Source: the human T2T-CHM13v2.0 reference genome, Homo sapiens
Length of the DNA: 64,000 nucleotides
Assembly (NCBI RefSeq): GCF_009914755.1
Contig: NC_060939.1
Strand: one strand, 5' to 3'
Shown here: piece by piece, positions 56,326-64,000 of the stretch
Layout of the letters: the number at the start of each line of letters is the position of its first letter
Numbering within the stretch: position 1 is the first letter of the stretch
The notes under the pieces: generated by a model
The model's database searches: none
Seen by the model: the letters and a program-made list of their open reading frames with translations, nothing else
Told to the model about the DNA's origin: nothing
Position numbers and translations under genes: made by a program

Positions 56326-59300
56326 GTCAGACTTGTCCTAAGCCAGGAGGAGCTGAGGCTGCAGACCCCAGCAGAGATGCTGCTGAGTGACTCCGTCCCC
56401 CACACTGTGGTGCTGACTGTCGTAGAGGGCTGGGCCACATTGTCAGTTGATGGGTTTCTGAACGCCTCCTCTGCAGTCCCAGGAGCCCCCCTAGAGGTCC
56501 CCTGTGGGCTGTTTGTTGGGGGCACTGGGACCCTTGGCCTGCCCTACCTGAGGGGAACCAGCCGACCCCTGAGTGGTTGCCTCCATGCAGCCACCCTCAA
56601 TGGCCGAAGCCTCTCTGGCCTCTGACTCCCGACGTGCGTGAGTGCTGTGCTGAAGAGTTTTCTGCCAGTGATGATGTAGCCCCGGGCTTCTCTGGGCCCC
56701 ACTCTCTGGCTGCCTTCCCTGCCTGGGGCGCTCAGGACGAAGGAACCCTAGAGTTTACACTCACCACACAGAGCCGGCAGGCACCCTTGGCCTTCCAGGC
56801 AGGGGGCCGGCGTGGGGACTTCATCTATGTGGACATATTTGAGGGCCACCTGCGGGCCGTGGTGGAGAAGGGCCAGGGTACGGTATTGCTCCACAACAGT
56901 GTGCCTGTGGCCGATGGGCAGCCCCATGAGGTCAGTGTCCACATCAATGCTCACCAGCTAGAAACCTCCGTGGACCAGTACCCTACGCATACTTCGAACC
57001 GAGGAGTCCTCAGCTACCTGGAGCCACGGGGCAGTCTCCTTCTCGGGGGGCTGGATGCAGAGGCCTCTTGTCACCTCCAGGAACACCGCCTGGGCCTGAT
57101 ACCAGGGGCCACCAATGTCTCCCTGCTGGGCTGCATGGAAGACCTCAGAGTCAATGGCCAGAGGCAGGGGCTGCGGGAAGCTTTGCTGACGCGCAACATG
57201 GCAGCCGGCTGCAGGCTGGAGGAGGAGGAGTATGAGGACGATGCCTATGGCCATTATGAAGCTTTCTCCACCCTGGCTCCTGAGGCTTGGCTGGCCATGG
57301 AGCTGCCTGAGCCATGCGTGCCTGAGCCAGGGCTGCCTCCTGTCTTTGCCAATTTCACCCAGCTGCTGACTATCAGCCCACTGGTGGTGGCCGAGGGGGG
57401 CACAGCCTGGCTTGAGTGGAGGCATGTGCAGCCCACGCTGGACCTGATGGAGGCTGAGCTGCGCAAATCCCAGGTGCTGTTCAGCGTGACCCGAGGGGCA
57501 CACCACGGCGAGCTCGAGCTGGACATCCCGGGCACCCAGGCACGAAAAATGTTCACCCTCCTGGACGTGGTGAACCGCAAGGCCCGCTTCATCCACGATG
57601 GCTCTGAGGACACCTCCGACCAGTGTCAGTGACGGCTCGGGTGCCTCATGCCTGTGGAGGGGCCAAACTTACCTCCTGCCCATCCAGGTCAACCCTGTCA
57701 ATGACCCACCCCACATCATCTTTCCACATGGCAGCCTCATGGTGATCCTGGAACACTTGCAGAAGCCACTGGGGCCCGAGGTTTTCCAGGCCTATGACCC
57801 GGACTCTGCCTGTGAGGGCCTCGCCTTCCAGCTCCTTGGCACCCCGTCTGGCCTCCCCGTGGAGTGCCGAGACCAGCCTGGAGAGCCGGCAACCGAGTTC
57901 TCCTGCCGGGAGTTGGAGGCCGGCAGCCTAGTCTATGTCCACCGCGGTGGCCCTGCACAGGACTTGACGTTCTGGGTCAGCGATGGACTGCAGGCCAGCC
58001 CCCCGGCGACGCTGAAGGTGATGGCCATCCAGCCGGCCATACAGATCCACCGCAGCACAGGGCTGCACCTGGCCCAAGGCTCTGCCATGCCCATCTTGCC
58101 CGCCAACCTGTTGGTGGAGACCAATGCCGTGGGGCAGGATGTGAGCGTGCTGTTCCGCGTTACTGGAGCCCTGAAGTTCGGGGAGCTGAAGAAGCAGGGG
58201 GCAGGTGGGGTGGAGGGTGCTGAGTGGTGGGCCACACAGGCATTCCACCAGCGGGATGTGGAGCAGGGCCGCGTGAGGTACCTGAGCACCGACCCACAGC
58301 ACCACACTGACGACACCATGGAGAGCCTGGCCCTGGAGGTGCAGGTGGGCCAGGAAATCCTGAGCAATCTGTCCTTCCCAGTGACCATCCAGAGAGCCAC
58401 CATGTGGATGCTGCAGCTGGAGCCACTGCACACTCAGAACACCCATCAGGAGGCCCTCACCACAGCCCACCTGGAGGCCACCCTGGAGGAGGCAGGCCCA
58501 AGCCTCCCAACCTTCCATTATGAGGTAGTTCAGGCTCCCAGGAAAGGCAACCTTCAACTACAGGGCACGAGGCTGTCAGATGGTCAGGGCTTCACCTAGG
58601 ATGATGTACAGGCTGGCCGGGTGACCTATGGGGCCATGGCACGTGCCTCGGAGGCAGTCAAGGACACCTTCTGTTTCCATGTCACAGCTCCACCATTCCC
58701 CCTGCTCTGTACCCTCTCCATCCACATTGGTGATGACCCAGACGTTCACATCCTCACCAATGTCCTCCCTCATGGTGCCTGAGGGTGGTGAGAGTGTCCT
58801 CTCTGCTGCCTACCTCTTTGTCAAGAGTCTCAACAGTGCCAGCTACCTCTATGAGGTCATGGAGCGGCCCCGCCATGGGAGGTTGGCTTGGCATGGGACA
58901 CAGGACAAGACCACTATGGTGACATCCTTCACCAATGGAGGCCTGTTGCGTGGCTGGCTGGTCTACCAGCATGATGACTCCGAGACCACGGAAGATGATA
59001 TCCCATTTGTTGCTACCCGCCAGGGCGAGAGCAGTGGTGACGTGGCCTGGGAGGAGGTACGGGGTGTCTTCCGAGTGGCCATCAGCCGTGAATGACCACG
59101 CCCCTGTGCAGACCATCAGCCGGATCTTCCATGTGGCCCAGGGTGGGTGGCGGCTGCTGACTACAGACTACGTGGCCTTCAGCGATGCTGACTCAGGCTT
59201 TGCTGACGCCCAGCTGGTGCTCACCCGCAAGGACCTCCCTTTGGCAGTATCATGGCCATGGATAAGCCCACGCGGCCCATCTACTGCTTAACCCAGGAGG

Positions 59301-59834
59301 ACCTCAGGAAGAGGCGAGTACTGTTCATGCACTTGGGCTGATCATGGCGGGATCCAGCTGCAGGTGTCCGATGGGCAACACCAGGCCACTGTGCTGCTGG
59401 AGGTGCAGGCCTCGGAGCCCTACTTCCGTGTGGCCAACGGCTCCAGCCTTGTGGTCCCTCAAGGAGGCCAGGGCACCATCGACATGGCCGTGCTCCACCT
59501 GGACACCAGCCTCGACATCCGCAATGGAGATGAGGTCCACTACCACGTCACAGCTGGCCCTCGCTGGGGACAGCTACTCTGGGCTGGTCAACCAGCCACT
59601 GCCTTCTCCCAGCAGGACCTGCTGGATGGGGCCGTTATCTATAGCCACAATAGCAGCCTCAGCCCCCATGACACCATGGCCTTCTCTGTGGAAATGGGGC
59701 CAGTGCACACGGATGCCACCCTACAAGTGACCGTTGCCCTAGAGGGCCCACTGGCCCCGCTGAAGCTGGTCCGGCACAAGAAGATCTACGTCTTCCAGGG
59801 AGAGGCAGCTGAGATCAGAAGGGACCAGCTGGAG
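56326..59834 (+). pseudogene. CSPG4P13: CSPG4 giant exon 3 remnant (LamG1/LamG2 and CSPG repeats), disrupted
   Basis: ttcag|GTCAGACTT acceptor and GAG|gtgagg donor. ORF fragments 56377, 56577, 57598, 58628, 58935 and 59364 tile CSPG4. Lesions: -1 (~56613), -13 and -7 (~57623, ~57645), CAG>TAG (58597), -3 (~58695), +1 (~58767), -2 (~59085), -1 (~59239), -2 (~59335). Confidence 0.97.
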
Positions 59835-61019
59835 GTGAGGAGTTAGATGTGGTGAGCGGGGGTGTGGGCCAGGTAGAGGGCCTCCCGCCCAGCCTCCATG
59901 CCAGGAACACATGTGACTTGGGCTGTGGCTGTGGTGGCTCCAGGTTGCATGTGTGCACGTGCCTCAGATGTGCTCCCGTATATGTTGTGCTCCCAGGAGT
60001 TTCTGGGGAGCTTGCTATACACCCATCCTCCTGGGAGTTGTGTGCGCCTCCAGAGGTTGTGTCCACTCATGTCCATGACATGGCTGAGCATGCAGATTCC
60101 TGGACCCCACCCAGCCCTACAGAATCTCTGACGTGGAGCCCGAGAATCTCCATTGCAGTCAGTTCCCTGGGAGGACATCACGGGTCCTGAGCTTTGGGGA
60201 TTGCTGACCGTGGAGGCAGGCCGCTACTCCTCAGACCCTCATGTCCCCCACTCTTTTCTCAGAGCCCAGACCAGGACTAGGAGGTCTGTCAAGGGCTTCT
60301 GCCCACCCAGGAACCCCACAGAGCAACCACGGGCCCTCCAGCAGGCTCACTGACTTGCCCTGTGACCTCAGGCCAGTCCTTGCCCGCTCTTGGCCTTACT
60401 CTCCTACACTGCTCATTTCGGAGACCCTTCTGGTCTGCATGTCTGGAGCTTGGGGCCGACAGCAAGCCAGCAGATCTGGAGTCAGGAAGGCCTCGCGGGA
60501 GGAGGCAGCGTTTGGGCCGGGCTCTGAAGAGCACAGGCCATCAGGAGCAGAGAATGGGGAGTGGTATTCCAGGCAGAAGGAACATTCCGGGCAAAGGCAT
60601 AGAACAGGAATGTGAGTTTGGGGGTGGTTTGGCCTCTTGTGGCTGGCCCATCAGGTGAGGGAGCCCGTGTGGCCTTTGGGGCGTGAGCTCTGTAGGGCCT
60701 GAGCTGAAGGCGGCTGTGCCTCCAGGGGGGTGGGGCGGGGCGCCCTCTGATGGTCCTGGGTGGTAATAGCAGGGGCTGGGGAGGTGCTGCCTGCAAACCA
60801 GCCTCAGGCCTGACAGATCCTGAGCAGGGGGACCTGTGTGTGTGCGTGTGCACACGCGCATGTGTACATGTGTGACCGCGTCAGCGTATGATGAACTTGT
60901 GTGTCTGTGTCACTGAGTCTGGGGACATGTGATTATGCACCTCCCTGAGGGAGTGCCTCTCAAGCTGTGTGACCGACCCCCTGCAACCGTGTGTGGGGTG
61001 GGCATTAACACGTGACCAG

Positions 61020-61549
<530 letters not shown>

Positions 61550-61557
61550 TTAACCAG

Positions 61558-62027
61558 GCAGCCCAGGAGGCAGTGCCGCCAGCAGACATCATATTCTCAG
61601 TGAAGAGCCCGCCGAGTGCCAGCTACCTGGTGATGGTGTCACGTGGCGCCTTGGCAGATGAGCCACCCAGCCTGGACCCCGTGCAGAGCTTCTCCCAGGA
61701 GGCAGTGGACACAGGCAGGGTCCTGTACCTGCACTCCCGCCCTGAGGCCTGGAGCGATGCCTTCTCGCTGGATGTGGCCTCAGGCCTGGATGCTCCCCTC
61801 GAGGGCATCCGTGTGGAGCTGGAGGTGCTGCCCACTGTCATCCCACCGGAGGTGCAAAACTTCAGTGTCCCTGAGGGTGGCAGCTTCACCCTGGCCCCTC
61901 CACTGCTCTGCATCGCCGGCCCCTACTTCCCCACTCTCCCGGGCCTCGGCCTGCAGGTGCTGGAGCCACCCCAGCATGGAGCCCTGCAGAAGGAGGATGG
62001 ACCTCAAGCACCTTCTCCTGGAGAATG
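61558..62027 (+). pseudogene. CSPG4P13: CSPG4 exon 4 remnant with 13-nt deletion near its 3' end
   Basis: ccag|GCAGCCCAGGAG (AAQEAVPPADI) ... EDGPQA[deletion]FSWRM|gtatgc. Confidence 0.95.
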
Positions 62028-62335
62028 GTATGCCTGTGAGAGAGGCCCAGGGGCTGCAGCCCGGCTCTGGGGGCAGAGTAGAGGGAGCCCCAGGGACTCC
62101 CAGTCTGGGGGTTATACACAGAGAGGAGACGGGGAGTCACATTTCAGAAGCACCTATGCTTTAAATACTGTATCTTCTTTCTTCCTTACAACTCCTCTGG
62201 GAGCCAGAACTTATGGTCCCCATTTTCCACCAATGGAAGCTGAAGCCCTAAAAGAGTCAGTCTCCTCCTGCACCCAAAGGCAGGGCATGAAGGGTGCTGC
62301 TGAGGCCTGACTGCCATCCCTGGGCCTGCCCCTAG

Positions 62336-62513
62336 GTGGAAGAGCAGCTGATCCACGTACGTGCACGACGGGAGCAAGACACTGACAGACAGTTTTGTCC
62401 TGATGGCTAACCCCTCCGAGATGGACCACCAGAGCCATCCTGTGGCCTTCACTGTCACTGTCCTGCCTGTCAATGACCAACCCCCGGTCCTCACCACAAA
62501 CACAGGCCTGCAG
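62336..62513 (+). pseudogene. CSPG4P13: CSPG4 exon 5 remnant with 1-nt insertion (~62357)
   Basis: cctag|GTGGAAGAGCAGCTGATC (VEEQLI) ... HDGSKTLTDSFVLMAN ... PVNDQPPVLTTNTGLQ|gtgaga. Confidence 0.95.
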
Positions 62514-64000
62514 GTGAGAGTATTCCTGGGACCACCCCCAATTTCTGCTTCGAGAAAGAGGCCTGCGTCCCCTACTTCATGACACAGAACTCCCCCTCTC
62601 TGAGCCTCAGTTTCCTCCTCTGCAAAATGGGGACGCTGCCGCATGCCTCATGGGGTTGTTGGAAGGGGAGATGTGAGATTGTGCTGAAATAGAACACAGG
62701 TGGGAGATTTTGTTACTGGACACTTGCAAGTGCGGTAGGCAGACTTCCGAGTGGCCACAGGTGGCTCTGCTGTTCCTTCTCCTGTGGCTCAGAACCAGAA
62801 CACCTGACAGAGTCACTTACAAACCCTTAAGGGCAGGCATCAGGGCGGGAGACATTAAGCTTCCCACCTTCACCCCAGCAAGTGAAGGCCATGGCTTGGC
62901 TCCCCAAACTCCTGCCCCTTGTGCCACAGCAGAGCAGGGCCCCCATTCTGCAGAGGTGGAAGTTGAGGCCCAGACGTGGGATGGAACTTCTCCATGGTTG
63001 CAAAAGTAGTTCTGGTGGAACAGAAAGGGCATGGCTTTACAAAGCCCACATGGCAGGGCTTTGAACCCCAGCTTCTGGGGTGTGTCCTCCCTGGTCAGCA
63101 GGAGCCACTGAAGGTTCCACAGGAGGGCTGACTTGGGCTGTCTCTGACCTGGGGCACCGAGGGAACTTTGGTGGTCTAGGACGTGCCCATAGAGGGTGGC
63201 CTCATGGTGCAGAGGCCACAGAATAGTGGGACACAGCACCCTAGAACCACAGACCAGGACGGCTGTGTGGCAGCATGGCCACCAGGTGGTGCCATCCACC
63301 CGTGTTTGCTCCGGGAGCCCAGTGCTGGGGTCCTGCCCCCCACATTATGGCCCCTCCTGCCAGGGCTGGGCCTGAGGGCTCCCTGGGGCCGGGGGAGGAA
63401 GCCCAGGAATGCCAGAAGGCTCTGTTTTCCAGGCATGTGAGTCCCAATGCAGCTCTGCCCGCAAGTAATTGACCCAGCAAGACTGGTACCAGGACCTCAG
63501 GAACAGGCGCACCTGCTCTGCTTGCAAGTGGGAGGCCTGAAAAGGGGTCCCCTTTGCCCAACATGAGGAGGGCCCCTAACTGCTCTGGAAGCACCTGGGC
63601 CCATCCCACACTGATTCTGTGCTGCAGAATAGTGCCAACCATCAGCCCCCCACTCTCTGCGCCATGCATCCCTCCCTCAGCTGGAAGGAGGGCCCATTTC
63701 TAAAATCACCATTCCCACCTGTGCCCAGCCCCGGCCAGGCACACACGGAGGCTCTGAAAGGAGACCCCTGCCCCACCAGTGAGACAGATTAAGGAGCACT
63801 GTTGGTCAGCGCTGGGGGTTTCTGGGAGTGAGAACTTGGTGAGGGTAAGAGCTGGGGTCTTTCTGGGTAGGGGACATAAGCTGGCCTTGAGGGACACGCA
63901 GGACTAGGGCAGATGGAGAGCAGGGAGGCTGGGCCTGGAGGGTGACCTTCCCTGGGGCCTTCCCTGGGGTGACAGGGAAGGTGAATGTGGGAGGCCCTTT

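Noticed and set aside
56577-58599. 351-aa and 333-aa ORFs as a functional CSPG4-like gene
   Set aside because: They are fragments between frameshifts with non-ATG starts and no signal peptide linkage, and the second ends at a CAG>TAG nonsense codon.
63984-63995. atgtgggagg as the start of CSPG4 exon 6 (MWEG)
   Set aside because: There is no AG acceptor or pyrimidine tract immediately upstream, and the following bases do not encode GATAP; exon 6 is presumably beyond the window.

Overview
This is primate (human-like) euchromatic DNA with no intact protein-coding gene, RNA gene or CRISPR array. The right 40% (about 38865-64000, + strand) is an unprocessed, intron-containing duplicate pseudogene of CSPG4 (NG2 proteoglycan). 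It has a previously easy-to-miss exon 1 (38865-38983), whose promoter and most of the 5'UTR are missing and whose GT donor has become AT. Exons 2-5 follow (54908-55061, 56326-59834, 61558-62027, 62336-62513) with many frameshifts and a nonsense codon; later exons lie beyond the window. From recalled chr15 gene order the best guess is CSPG4P13, next to LINGO1 at 15q24.3, but the paralog identity is an inference. The left part is intergenic: a repeat-dense block at 2-19 kb (Alus, L1M, a full-length MSTA element, a THE1D solo LTR, MLT1) and GC-rich unique sequence with several candidate enhancers. The most unusual items are the decapitated exon 1 and its junction (possibly an evolutionary breakpoint), a non-Alu 43-bp near-perfect inverted repeat at 25605-25877, a truncated CpG-rich LTR12 just upstream of exon 2, and a hairpin-templated frameshift in exon 2. 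I found no convincing novel multi-gene system. All comparisons with CSPG4 and repeat consensus sequences are from memory and need alignment to confirm.
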